Shown here one piece after another: positions 19,852-29,907 of a stretch of DNA of 64,000 nt (within the stretch, counting starts at the first letter, position 1; each line of letters opens with the position of its first letter). The position numbers were made by a program, and so were the translations under genes. The stretch comes from an uncultured Verrucomicrobiae bacterium (GTDB lineage Bacteria > Verrucomicrobiota > Verrucomicrobiia > Limisphaerales > JAFGQR01): NCBI GenBank assembly GCA_963788655.1, contig CAWBHS010000038.1, positions 64,001-128,000 of the forward strand, given 5' to 3'. The notes beneath the pieces were generated by a model. It searched no databases, was not told the origin of the DNA, and saw only the letters and a program-made list of their open reading frames with translations.

Positions 19852-21999
19852 TCAGGCCGCCGCTTTCTTTTTCTCGCCGTAGTATTTACCGTGGTAGGAA
19901 TAATCGTAGTACGAATCGTAGTAACCGTAACCCATGCTGCGCCGCCGGGGCATCATGTTCAAAATGACGCCGGCCAACGGGGCACCCGCTTCCTTGAGAA
20001 TTTGCACGGCCCGGCGCACGGAATTGCGCGGAGTCTTGCGCGTTCGCACAACGAGACACAGGGTCTGAATACGATTTAAAATCAGCAGCGTGTCACTGAC
20101 GGCGTGCAGCGGCGGCGAATCCACAATCACCCGGTCAAATTGCAGCAGCGCTTCATCGATGAGGCCGTCGATGCCGTTCTTCGCCAGCAACTCCGCCGGA
20201 TTAGGGGTGTCGGTGCCGGCCGGGATGTAGAAGAAATTGTCGATGTCGGTGGCGTGAACCACTTCGGCAAATTCCTTTTGGGCCGTGAGGTAATCCGTCA
20301 TACCGAAATTGCGCTTGTTATTGGCCAGCAGCGTCTTTTCGACCATGGGCCGGCGCAAGTCGCAATCGATGATCAACGTGCGCAGTCCCTGCTGGGCCAG
20401 GCTGATGCTGTAATTGATTGAGCAAAAGGTTTTGCCTTCCGCCGGCACGGCACTGGTGAAGAGGAAGGTGCGTCGGTCTTCCTTGCGTCCAAGCATGGAC
20501 AGGGCGGTGCGCAACGTCCGGAACGATTCGGCCTCGCTCGATTGAGCGTCATCGGCATTGATCAGTTTGCGCTGATTTGCCACCACCCCGGAGAACCGGG
20601 GGATCGTGCTCAAGACCGACAGGTTGAGATACTCTTCGGTTTGATCGACGGTCTTCAGGGTCAAATCCAGGAAGTTCAGCAACAGGGCCAGCATGATGCC
20701 GGTCGCCAGGCCGCCGAACAATCCCAGGATGGCGATCTTGATTTTTTGCGGCTTGATCGGCCGCTCGGGGACGACGGCCGGTTGCACGACGCGAACCCGG
20801 TTGGGTTTGATGTTCTTGGCGATCGACGTTTCCTTGATTCGGTTCAGCACCGATTGGTAGAGCGCCTTGTTGGACTCGACTTCGCGTTCGAGCACTCGGT
20901 AACGAATGGCCTTTTTATTGAGCGCCAGCGCGGCGGTTTCCTGCACGCGACGTTCTTTTTCCAGGGCGTGCTCGGCCAGTTTGGCGCTTTCGTAGGTGGC
21001 CCGCACCGAGTCGGCGACACTCAGCACGGCATTGGTCAGTGCTTCGCGGCGGGACTGAAGCTGGCTGACGGCCTGGATATACTTGGGATGTTTCGCGCGA
21101 TAGCGTTGGCTCAGGTTGGCAAACTCCGATTCCAAACGGCCAATATCCTTGCGGATGTCCGCCACGTTCTGGTCATTGGCGACGACGGCGACGCCGAGCA
21201 GGGCGTCCACGGAATTGGTGTATTGCTGAATCTGCTCGTAGGCCGCTTCGGACACGATCCGCTGCGACTTGGCGTCGGTGGCTTTGAGGCTGAGGTCTTT
21301 CAGGCTCTGCACCACCACGTTCTGCCGGTCTTCCAGTGACACGGACTGCATTTCCTCTTTGTAGCCTTGCAATGCCATTTCCGCGGCTTCGAGCTTGTCC
21401 TTCAAATCCCGGGCTTCACCCAGCAGAAAGTCGTTCGCGATCTGTGAGGCGAAGGAGTTTTGTTCGTTGTTTTGCTGCAGGTACTGTTCGACCAGCGAGC
21501 GACCCACCACTTCGGTGATTTCGGGGTCCGTGTGTTCGACTTTGATGTCAATCAGTCGCGTGCCTTTGCGGAGCTTGACATCGACCATCGTCGCCAGTTT
21601 GGAAACCAGTCCCTCATGGCTGACGGTCTGACCGGGCTCCGGTTTGAAGAAACGAGGATTCTTGGCGAGGTTGTTACTTCGCAACACGCGATCCAACAAG
21701 GCGCGGCTTTGCAGCGTTTGTTCCACGGTGCGCAGAAACTCCTGGCTCTGCAGGTCCTCGGATTGCACCTGTTGAATGTTGATGACCTTTTGCTCCTCCT
21801 GCTCCACTTGGAGCACCACTTTGGAGGAGTAAATTCTCGGCGCGCGGTACAAGTATGCGGCGGTGAGAATACCGAAGGTCAGTAAGCACAGGCCGATGAG
21901 CCAGCTCTTTTCGCGCAAGGTGCAATACAGCGCGCGGAAATCGACATTGTTGGCATTGGCAGCATCCACGCTGCCGCGATGGGGGGCATTGGCGGGCAT
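19852..21999 (-). CDS. wzc: Polysaccharide co-polymerase / BY-kinase (Wzc/GumC)
   Basis: Two TMs flanking a coiled coil, AESFRTLRT, PAEGKT, IIDCDLRRP, VIVDSPP, C-terminal Tyr cluster GYGYYDSYYDYSY. Confidence 0.93.
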   Translation of the reverse strand: MPANAPHRGSVDAANANNVDFRALYCTLREKSWLIGLCLLTFGILTAAYLYRAPRIYSSKVVLQVEQEEQKVINIQQVQSEDLQSQEFLRTVEQTLQSRALLDRVLRSNNLAKNPRFFKPEPGQTVSHEGLVSKLATMVDVKLRKGTRLIDIKVEHTDPEITEVVGRSLVEQYLQQNNEQNSFASQIANDFLLGEARDLKDKLEAAEMALQGYKEEMQSVSLEDRQNVVVQSLKDLSLKATDAKSQRIVSEAAYEQIQQYTNSVDALLGVAVVANDQNVADIRKDIGRLESEFANLSQRYRAKHPKYIQAVSQLQSRREALTNAVLSVADSVRATYESAKLAEHALEKERRVQETAALALNKKAIRYRVLEREVESNKALYQSVLNRIKETSIAKNIKPNRVRVVQPAVVPERPIKPQKIKIAILGLFGGLATGIMLALLLNFLDLTLKTVDQTEEYLNLSVLSTIPRFSGVVANQRKLINADDAQSSEAESFRTLRTALSMLGRKEDRRTFLFTSAVPAEGKTFCSINYSISLAQQGLRTLIIDCDLRRPMVEKTLLANNKRNFGMTDYLTAQKEFAEVVHATDIDNFFYIPAGTDTPNPAELLAKNGIDGLIDEALLQFDRVIVDSPPLHAVSDTLLILNRIQTLCLVVRTRKTPRNSVRRAVQILKEAGAPLAGVILNMMPRRRSMGYGYYDSYYDYSYHGKYYGEKKKAAA

Positions 22000-22002
22000 A
22001 GG

Positions 22003-22629
22003 TTAAAAAATCCTTTCGTCAACCGTGATCGTGTCATCGGGCTGGATCTCAAACGACTGGGTCCTGGCTTTGGCCAGAGCTTTGCCATCGGCGTTGATAC
22101 TGATCTTCCGTCCGCCGAAGGAGCGGGTAATCGTAATCCGGCCGGGATTGGCCAACCGGGTATAGCCGCCAGCCATGGCGATCGCCTCAAGCAGGGTGAT
22201 CGATTCCTCGTTGGGAATTTCGTAGGATCCCGGTTTTTGAACCTGGCCCAGCACGGTAAACCGCCGTTTGACGTATTCCACCACCGTGAGTGAGATTTGC
22301 GGATTGACCAGATAATCCTTGTCCAGCAAATCCCGGATCAATTTGGCAGCCTGGTCCACTGTCTTGCCGCCGATCTTCACGCCCCCGATCAGGGGAAACG
22401 TCGCGGTGCCGTCCCGGGAAATCCGCATCCGGGTTTCCATGTCGTCCTCCTGAAAGACTTTCAGCAGAACCACATCATTGGGGGACAGGATGTAACTTTG
22501 TGCTGGGGAAGACGCCGGGGTCGTTGGCGGCGCGGCCGGCGCGTCAGCCGCCAACGTGTGGCCCGCACCGAGCCCCACGACGGCCAGCGTTAAACAGAAA
22601 ATGGGATATATCCTTATAGTGACTTTCAT
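22003..22629 (-). CDS. wza: Polysaccharide export protein (short Wza/OPX: Poly_export + SLBB)
   Basis: YILSPNDV, DGTATFPLIG, YLVNPQI, VLGQVQKPG, LLEAIAMAGG. Confidence 0.9.
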   Translation of the reverse strand: MKVTIRIYPIFCLTLAVVGLGAGHTLAADAPAAPPTTPASSPAQSYILSPNDVVLLKVFQEDDMETRMRISRDGTATFPLIGGVKIGGKTVDQAAKLIRDLLDKDYLVNPQISLTVVEYVKRRFTVLGQVQKPGSYEIPNEESITLLEAIAMAGGYTRLANPGRITITRSFGGRKISINADGKALAKARTQSFEIQPDDTITVDERIF

Positions 22630-22852
22630 GATCGATCCTTCGGGAACAGCCTGCACTCATTTTGCTTTTGCCTTGAACGGTTCGCGAACCGACTTCCCGG
22701 GCCACGCCCGGCAGGTTTTTTTGGGCAACTCATCTACCGGGCGGCGGCCGCAACCGGAGGAGCCCAGTCGAAGGTTGGGATAACCTCGTTCCATCCTGCG
22801 CTCGCCGTCCATGCCGCTGCCACTGTGTTGGTTCGCAACCGTTTGCTGACGG

Positions 22853-23401
22853 TTAGTTCGGGGAAATGACGTTACCGGCAATATTGGCCGGATTAGGCTC
22901 CGTACGGAATGGTGTTGGCAGCGTATAGACCTGGCTGGGCAGGGTGGGATTGCTGCGCTTCGCCGCGCTTTTCCCAGTCGAAGACGGCGCTCCCGCCACG
23001 GCGATCTTGTCGGTCTGGGGAAGAATATCGAGGCCAACGATCTCAAAATTGCCGGCCACATTGCGGCGGGCGATCAGGCTGATGGTTTGTCCGGGAGCCA
23101 GGGCGGTCAGCGGAACCTCTTCACCGTTGACGCGCACGGTAATCTGCCGGCTGATTTTGAACACAAACACCCGGCCCTTGATTTCCACGGTGATGGCCTT
23201 TTTGACCTTGTCCATGGCCACCACTTTGCCCGTCAGCGCGGACGAAGCGGGCTGCGCGGCGGTCGTTGGCGTTGGACGGGCCGGCGGCGGGACCGGGGCG
23301 GGTTGCGGGGCAGGCTCGGCCGCGGTCAGGAGGCTTGCCCCGAGGGCCAGACTGCTCGTCAGACTGCACAAGAGTAGTTTGCGTAACGATTTCATTTTCA
23401 T
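22853..23401 (-). CDS. Hypothetical secreted protein (Pro-rich linker plus small OB-fold-like domain)
   Basis: Signal peptide, LTGKVVAMDKVKKAITV...LAPGQTI pattern; heads the wza unit. Confidence 0.65.
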   Translation of the reverse strand: MKMKSLRKLLLCSLTSSLALGASLLTAAEPAPQPAPVPPPARPTPTTAAQPASSALTGKVVAMDKVKKAITVEIKGRVFVFKISRQITVRVNGEEVPLTALAPGQTISLIARRNVAGNFEIVGLDILPQTDKIAVAGAPSSTGKSAAKRSNPTLPSQVYTLPTPFRTEPNPANIAGNVISPN

Positions 23402-23977
23402 TATGGCTTTGGTTCAGCGGATGGGCCGGGGCCACCCGACGTTCAGCCGATTGATCCAGTTCAATTTCATCAAGTTGATCGCGTCACCCATGCTCACCAG
23501 CCGACCCAGCGAGCGGGTGTCCCGACATAATGAGGCTTGTAAAGCAAGCTGCGGGCCGAACCTGTTTTCTTGGCAGCGGTTTTTGACCAAAAGAAAGAAG
23601 CCCCTTCCTCGATATTGGCGTTGCCGGTAATTATGAGGGCAATCGACCGAGGCAAAAACCAATAATCCACTGCGGAACGTCAGTTCCCAAGTCGTCGTTG
23701 TTCGTTGCCGCACTGTCTTGGATGAAGGCATTTTTTTCCACCGTCGCCCATGAGCGTGGAGGCTGCCAATTCATGGGGCAAAACCTCGTTGAATACAAAG
23801 TCATGATGCGCGGCCATGCTGGCCAACGCAGCCGGAATGAGCCGGCGGAGCGAGTATGATTCCCGTATTCCTGGTGTTTGGTTTTCAGTTCCGCAGTAAC
23901 GCCGCCGCTATCGCGCCCCCAACAAATTTTGGTTCGGGGGCGACATCGCCGCTCGTCGCCGTTAAACTGCCTTTCTG

Positions 23978-26900
23978 ATGACCAACAGGCGTTCAAGAAA
24001 ACGAAAGGTTGTGTGGACTCTAGCAGTCCTGCTGCTGCTTTTCGTGGCGGTTCTGGCGCTGTTGCCGGTTTGGTTTCCCTGGGTGGCGCGGCCCCTGGCC
24101 CGGCGAGCGGGCGTCGTTTGGAAGTCCTACGAAGCGCAGGGATACACGCGCGCACTTGTCCACGGCGTCGAAGGTCAATTCGGCAGCGTGAGGATTGCCG
24201 CCGACGACCTGCAGTTGTTCCTGCCGAACCGCTGGCTGTGGCGCCATTTTTTCGGTGGCCAGGAAACCGCTCCGTACGTGGCCGCGGCCAATTGGCGATT
24301 GGCAGTTGTTCCCCGCAAGCATCGAACCAGCTCCCGCACCAATTCGGTGGGCGCCATTCTGGATCAGATCAGTCACCTGGCACCGACGCTGCGCCGTTGG
24401 CTCCCGGAAGCCCGGCTGACGAATGGCATCGTGTTGCTCCCGGGGCAAACCCTGCTGGTGCCGCAGGCATCCTTGCGGGACGGTCGATTGACGATTACGG
24501 CGACCGCCACCAATTACCACCAAACGCTGATGCTTCACGGCGACCTGACTGATCCGAACCAATTAGGGCTGACCGTCGAGCTCGAGCCCCTGGGAGTGAA
24601 TGCTGATCTTCGGCTGCGCAGTTCCGCTGCACAGTGGGCTCTCGATGGCGACGCAACGTGGCACCGCAATCGCGTCGAGCTGACGGCGCAGTTTGGTCAC
24701 GACGGCCTGTTGCCGGAAGTGGCCAACGTGCAGGCCGACCGTATCCGCCTGCCGGCAGAACTGGTTAAGCTTGAGGGGTATCAAGATCTCACTGGATCGT
24801 TCGCCGTGAATTGGGCTACCAATCATTATACCTTTTCGATTCAAGCCAACGCGGCTCCGAAAGTAACCAACGCGCTGGCTGCTCCACCCGTCGCGCTTTC
24901 GATTCGGGGCCACGGCAACACTAATGCGGTGACGATGGAACAGTTCAAGGTCACCACCCCGTTTGGCGAGGCTGAACTGGCTTCCGCGACCGGCCTGAAC
25001 GTTCCCCGCGGCGGCTTAACCCAGCCAGCGGAACTGAAGCTGACGCTCGATCTCGGCGCCCTAGAGCTGACCAATTTCACCGGTCACATCACCGGCCTGG
25101 TGCGGCTGGAGCCCCACGGCACGAATCTGCCCCTGGCCCGCTTCAACGTCACCGGAAGCGATCTGACCGCGGCCAAATTTTCCGCGCAACAAATGGCGGT
25201 GGTGGGGCGGCTTAGCTGGCCGCTGCTAGTGCTGGAACAGGGCGAGATTCAGTTCGATACGAATTCAGTTCTTTCCACCACCGCCCAATTGGATCTGAAG
25301 ACGCGCACTGTGACCAAGGGTCAGTGGCGCTTTGCCGGGGGCTATTTGCGCCGGTTTTTGCCGACCAACCTCGCTTACTCAACGTTGCAGGCAACCGGAC
25401 AATTCAGCGGCCTCCTCACCCAGCCGGCCCATTCCGGCGCAGTAACCATAACCGGCCTGACTATACCCGTCGTGCAACCCGGTGATCTGCACCTGAACTG
25501 GCGCGGCGAATACCTCGACTTGGAACAAGCCGAGGTTGTGCTCCAAGCGAATACCAACCGGTTACGCGCCGGTGGGGCCATTCGCGTGAGTTTGACGAAC
25601 CAAGTTCGGATCGACCTCGCGTTAAAGACGCTCGATTGGCAGCAGGGTGAAGAGACGATTTACCACTTGGATCATCCGGCCTCGTTCTTGGTCCGGCAGA
25701 ACCCGCAATCGCCAACTGAGTCGGCCTGGGACATTCAGGTGGACGATTTGCAGTGGTTGGGCACCGGCAGGGAAATCACCCTGTCGGCGCAAACTGAATG
25801 GCCTTCGCGGGGAAACATCAGTGCCCTGATTGAGCAATTGGACCCAGATCGTTTCGCGGGTTTGCTGCAAGTTCCGTTGACGCACTCGCTCGTTGAATCG
25901 CTGGCTTTGAAAGCCAATTGGGATTCCGGCCCCATGAACCTTGAGCTGAATCTGACGGGCCGGGTGCCAGGCCCGGAAACCTCGCCGGTGGACGTTGTCG
26001 CCCGCCTTCAGTGCGACGCCAACGGATTGAACGTGCAAACCCTCCGGCTCAAAGCCGACTCCATTCCGACCTTTTCCGTGACCGGTCGGATACCCTTGCT
26101 CATCACGCCCGCCCGCCCCGAGCAATTGATCCGGTTCAGCCAGGAAATCCCGTTTGACCTCCAGGCGCGGACAGCCCCGACGGCGAATCTATCCCGCACG
26201 TTGAACGAGCTGGGCAAATTCACGTTGGTCCGGCCGAAGCTGGAGCTGGACCTGACCGGCAATGCCACTGACCTCAAAGGCGCCTTGCACCTCCAACTGG
26301 CCCGGGCGACCTGGACCCGACCCACCAACGCGGTGCCGGTTCCGCCGCTCGAACAAGTGAAACTCGACGCCCGGCTGGAACCAGACCGTCTCGAGTTGAG
26401 TCTTCTTTCGTTGCGCCTGCAAGGGCAGGAAGTGACGGCCTCCGGCGAATGGCCCTTGGGCGCCGGCGGTTGGGCGGAGTGCTTGAATCAGAAGAAGCTG
26501 CCGGACTGGAAACAGGCGCAAGGCCGATTGAAGATCGCCAATGCGGACCTGGGGCCGCTCACGGAACTGTTCACGGGCAAACTGATTTCCCAGGGCCAAT
26601 TGCAGGTCGAGGTGGCGCTGGAAACCGGCGGCCTGATTACCGGCCAGGTGCGGATCACCAATGCCGTGACGGCGCCCCTGCCAACGCTGGGCCCCGTGCG
26701 CCAACTCGATGCCACCGTAACGCTCAGCAACCGCACCGCCACCTTGGAAAGTCTGACCGGTCAGATTGCCGGCACGCCGATCTCGGTCAGTGGTCAGGTC
26801 GATCTGGCGAATTTTCAGCAACCGAAGTTCTCGGGTTCCCTGCGCGCCACCAATCTGCCAGTCGTGCGCAAACCGGGTATCATCCTCCGCACCGACCTGG

Positions 26901-27703
26901 ATTTGCACCTGGCCAGCGATGAAAGCCAACCGCCGAAGTTGTCGGGACAGGTCACGTTGCGCGACAGTCTGTTGCTCCAGAGCCTGGAGATGCTGGCTCC
27001 CCGCGCTGATTCGGGTTCCGCGCGGCGCTTTCCTTATTTCAAAGTGGAAGCTGAACCGTTGGCCACGTGGGGCTTGGATGTGACCGTTACCGGCGACAAG
27101 TTCATCCGCGTTCGCACACCGCTGTTCGTGGGCGTCGCCTCGGCGGACTTTCATGTGCAAGGGACGCTGGGCGATCCACAGGCGCTGGGCGAGGCGCGAA
27201 TCAATTCGGGCCGGGTCACATTTCCCTTCGGCCCCTTGAACGTGGATAGTGGCTTCGTGACGGTGAACAGCGACGCCCCGCATCGGCCCCGGCTGGCGAT
27301 TACGGCGTCCGGCCAGCGTTACGGTTACGAGATCAAAATGGACGTTAGCGGTTTGGCGGACGCGCCCCAAATCCTCCTGACCTCTTCGCCGCCGTTGAGC
27401 TCCGGACAGATTTTGTTGCTGTTGACCGCCGGCGAGTTGCCCAGCGATTCCGCGTATTTTTCCCAACAGCAACGGGCGCAAACGCTGGCCGTGTTCGTCG
27501 GCAAGGATTTGTTGTCCCGCATCCTGGGCAGCGAATCGGCCGAAGAACGGCTGACGATCAATTCGGGTGAACGCATTTCGGAAAGTGGCCGATCCACGTA
27601 CGTCATCGAATACCGGCTCACGGACGACTGGTCGCTGGTGGGCGAATACGACCGGTTTGACACGCTGAACGCGATCGTGAAGTGGAGGTTTTACTCAAAG
27701 TGA
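23978..27703 (+). CDS. tamB: Translocation/assembly module TamB (DUF490)
   Basis: 1241 aa, N-terminal TM, beta-rich, C-terminal LTSSPPLSSGQILLLL...VIEYRLTDDWSLVGEYD. Confidence 0.88.
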   Translation: MTNRRSRKRKVVWTLAVLLLLFVAVLALLPVWFPWVARPLARRAGVVWKSYEAQGYTRALVHGVEGQFGSVRIAADDLQLFLPNRWLWRHFFGGQETAPYVAAANWRLAVVPRKHRTSSRTNSVGAILDQISHLAPTLRRWLPEARLTNGIVLLPGQTLLVPQASLRDGRLTITATATNYHQTLMLHGDLTDPNQLGLTVELEPLGVNADLRLRSSAAQWALDGDATWHRNRVELTAQFGHDGLLPEVANVQADRIRLPAELVKLEGYQDLTGSFAVNWATNHYTFSIQANAAPKVTNALAAPPVALSIRGHGNTNAVTMEQFKVTTPFGEAELASATGLNVPRGGLTQPAELKLTLDLGALELTNFTGHITGLVRLEPHGTNLPLARFNVTGSDLTAAKFSAQQMAVVGRLSWPLLVLEQGEIQFDTNSVLSTTAQLDLKTRTVTKGQWRFAGGYLRRFLPTNLAYSTLQATGQFSGLLTQPAHSGAVTITGLTIPVVQPGDLHLNWRGEYLDLEQAEVVLQANTNRLRAGGAIRVSLTNQVRIDLALKTLDWQQGEETIYHLDHPASFLVRQNPQSPTESAWDIQVDDLQWLGTGREITLSAQTEWPSRGNISALIEQLDPDRFAGLLQVPLTHSLVESLALKANWDSGPMNLELNLTGRVPGPETSPVDVVARLQCDANGLNVQTLRLKADSIPTFSVTGRIPLLITPARPEQLIRFSQEIPFDLQARTAPTANLSRTLNELGKFTLVRPKLELDLTGNATDLKGALHLQLARATWTRPTNAVPVPPLEQVKLDARLEPDRLELSLLSLRLQGQEVTASGEWPLGAGGWAECLNQKKLPDWKQAQGRLKIANADLGPLTELFTGKLISQGQLQVEVALETGGLITGQVRITNAVTAPLPTLGPVRQLDATVTLSNRTATLESLTGQIAGTPISVSGQVDLANFQQPKFSGSLRATNLPVVRKPGIILRTDLDLHLASDESQPPKLSGQVTLRDSLLLQSLEMLAPRADSGSARRFPYFKVEAEPLATWGLDVTVTGDKFIRVRTPLFVGVASADFHVQGTLGDPQALGEARINSGRVTFPFGPLNVDSGFVTVNSDAPHRPRLAITASGQRYGYEIKMDVSGLADAPQILLTSSPPLSSGQILLLLTAGELPSDSAYFSQQQRAQTLAVFVGKDLLSRILGSESAEERLTINSGERISESGRSTYVIEYRLTDDWSLVGEYDRFDTLNAIVKWRFYSK

Positions 27704-29835
27704 GTCGGGGACGTTTAGTTGCGTGGAGTCGGTTGGGTTTCCGGTGGGGCCTGGTGCTGCTGCTGTTGCTGGGGACCGGGCTGCCGGCATGGGGCGAGGC
27801 GGACAAAACCAACCGCGCCAAAATCAAAATTTCGGGGTTCGGCTTTCTGGGCAATTTGGAACTGAAGAAGCAACTGCGCCTGATGCAAAAGGATCGCAAA
27901 CCGCCGGTCCTGTACCGCGCCAGCCAGATTGAGGACGCCGTGCTGATCCTGTTGTCCAAGCTCAAGGGGGAAGGTTATCTGGCTCCGACCATTGCCGCCG
28001 AACTCACCTTGACCAACGACCTGGTGCAATCCTATTCGTGGACCAAGGACTTCGACACGTTTCTGCCGCCGGAACTGCTGGCGAAAAAGGTCGTGCTGCG
28101 GGCGCATCACGGCGTTCGCTACTATTATGAACAGCTCGACATAAATGGGCTGCACGCCCTTCCGGTGTCAGCGGCCAAGGAATTCTTCGTGGCCAGTGAC
28201 GCCTTGCTGCGTTTGAAGAGTATGCGGGTGTTCACACCGGACTTGCGGGAAGCCTCGCTCAATCGTTTGCGCGCCGCGCTGAACCGCCGCGGTTATATCA
28301 ATGCCACCGTCACCGCCCAATCCCGACTCAACCCGACCAATGGCGCCGTGCGGGTGACGGTGGACGTTACCGAAAACAAGCCGACCTTGGTTCATACCGT
28401 CGCCGTGGCGGTAGTATCGCCAAGCAACGCCATTCCGCAATGGCGCACCAATCGGTTCACCGAGACGCCACTGTCCGGATGGTGGCGGGAGGATTTTGCG
28501 CAAAGCCTGCTGACGAATCAATATGACCGCGGCTTCCCCGATGCCAACGTTGAGCTGACGGTGTTGCGGCGGGAAACCAATGCCGCGACCATCCAGGCCG
28601 ACTTGTCCGCCCGCGTGAACACCGGCACGAACATCACCCTGGGTGGGGTCCATTTCGAGGGCCAAAAGCGCACGCACATGTCGGTGCTCCGTCGTTTCAC
28701 CCGGCTGACTCCGGGTGAGCCGTTGAACCGGATCGAAATCGAGCGCGGGCGGGAACGGTTGGCGCGGCTCGGCATCTTCGAGTCGGTGCGATTGAAATAC
28801 AACGTGGTCGATCCGCACACGCGGAACGCGGTTTATGAATTGAAGGAAGGTAAGTTCTTCGACAGCCGGCTGCTGCTGAGCTACGGCAGTTACGACACGT
28901 TGGGCGGGGGCATCGAATTGACCTACCGCAACGTGTTCGGGTTGGCGCATCAGGCCAGTTTGCGCGCCCGCCAGACCTTCAAATCCACGCTGGCTGACTT
29001 CCGCTACACCCTGCCCGAGGTGCTGCGCCAGAAGGCCGACGTGTTCTTCTCCGGCACGCTGCTGTTGCGCCAGGAAATTACCTTCGATCGCAAGGAATAC
29101 GGCGGCGGCGTGGGGGTGCATCGGTACTGGCCGCGGGCGCGCACCGACACCAGCGTACGCTACGACTACCAGTTTCTGAACGCCCAATCCGGCGGATTGG
29201 CTGTCGGTCAGGTAACCCGTTATGAAGCAACGCAAGCGGCAGCCATCGTGTTTGAGTTCAAGCACGATCGTCGAAACAGTCCGCTCCGCCCCGAACGCGG
29301 CTACATGGTCTTCGGCAACCTCGAGTTTGCCTCGGACAAACTGGGCGGCCAAGTCAGCTACCAGCGGTTTTTGCTGGGCGGGTCCACGCATTGGGACCTG
29401 GGCGGCGGACGAATCATCCATCTCGGCGCCGTCCATGGGCTCACTTATACATGGGATGGCTCGCCGGACGAGCTGCCCTTCAACAAACGGTTCTTCCCCG
29501 GCGGCGACAATTCGGTGCGCGGCTATCAGCACGGTGCCGCCGCGCCCCGCAATGCGAACGGGGAAATCATTGGCGCCGAGACGTTCCTCCAAGGCAATGC
29601 GGAGTTTGAACAATTCCTGACCCAGACGATTTCCGTGGTCGCGTTTATGGATGCGGTGGGTTTTGCCCAAAGTCGGGATCATTATCCCTGCGATACCGCC
29701 CTGTATTCCGCCGGCGGGGGCTTGCGCTGGCACACGGTGATCGGACCCGTGCGATTGGAATACGGCTACAACCTCAATCCGCGCCCCCAAGATCCCAGCG
29801 GGACGTTGCACTTCTCGTTCGGGTTTCCGTTCTGA
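27700..29835 (+). CDS. Omp85-family outer membrane protein (TamA/BamA type)
   Basis: POTRA-like repeats, RFFPGGDNSVRGY, IGPVRLEYG, terminal FSFGFPF; GTG overlaps the tamB stop. Confidence 0.9.
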   Translation: MSRGRLVAWSRLGFRWGLVLLLLLGTGLPAWGEADKTNRAKIKISGFGFLGNLELKKQLRLMQKDRKPPVLYRASQIEDAVLILLSKLKGEGYLAPTIAAELTLTNDLVQSYSWTKDFDTFLPPELLAKKVVLRAHHGVRYYYEQLDINGLHALPVSAAKEFFVASDALLRLKSMRVFTPDLREASLNRLRAALNRRGYINATVTAQSRLNPTNGAVRVTVDVTENKPTLVHTVAVAVVSPSNAIPQWRTNRFTETPLSGWWREDFAQSLLTNQYDRGFPDANVELTVLRRETNAATIQADLSARVNTGTNITLGGVHFEGQKRTHMSVLRRFTRLTPGEPLNRIEIERGRERLARLGIFESVRLKYNVVDPHTRNAVYELKEGKFFDSRLLLSYGSYDTLGGGIELTYRNVFGLAHQASLRARQTFKSTLADFRYTLPEVLRQKADVFFSGTLLLRQEITFDRKEYGGGVGVHRYWPRARTDTSVRYDYQFLNAQSGGLAVGQVTRYEATQAAAIVFEFKHDRRNSPLRPERGYMVFGNLEFASDKLGGQVSYQRFLLGGSTHWDLGGGRIIHLGAVHGLTYTWDGSPDELPFNKRFFPGGDNSVRGYQHGAAAPRNANGEIIGAETFLQGNAEFEQFLTQTISVVAFMDAVGFAQSRDHYPCDTALYSAGGGLRWHTVIGPVRLEYGYNLNPRPQDPSGTLHFSFGFPF

Positions 29836-29907
29836 CTGCGGTCGGTTGGATACGCGGTCAAATCAACTTGCCCGCAGGTTGGGTTGGCCGTTACGTTGTG
29901 TGCCATT

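Noticed and set aside
22728..22745. ops-like CCCGGTAGATG upstream of wza (minus strand)
   Set aside because: Deviates from GGCGGTAG, and no RfaH/NusG paralogue is in the window.
23752..23770. Possible sigma54 motif TGGCAG-N5-ACGC upstream of the polysaccharide unit
   Set aside because: Poor -12 match and about 350 nt from the start; likely chance.
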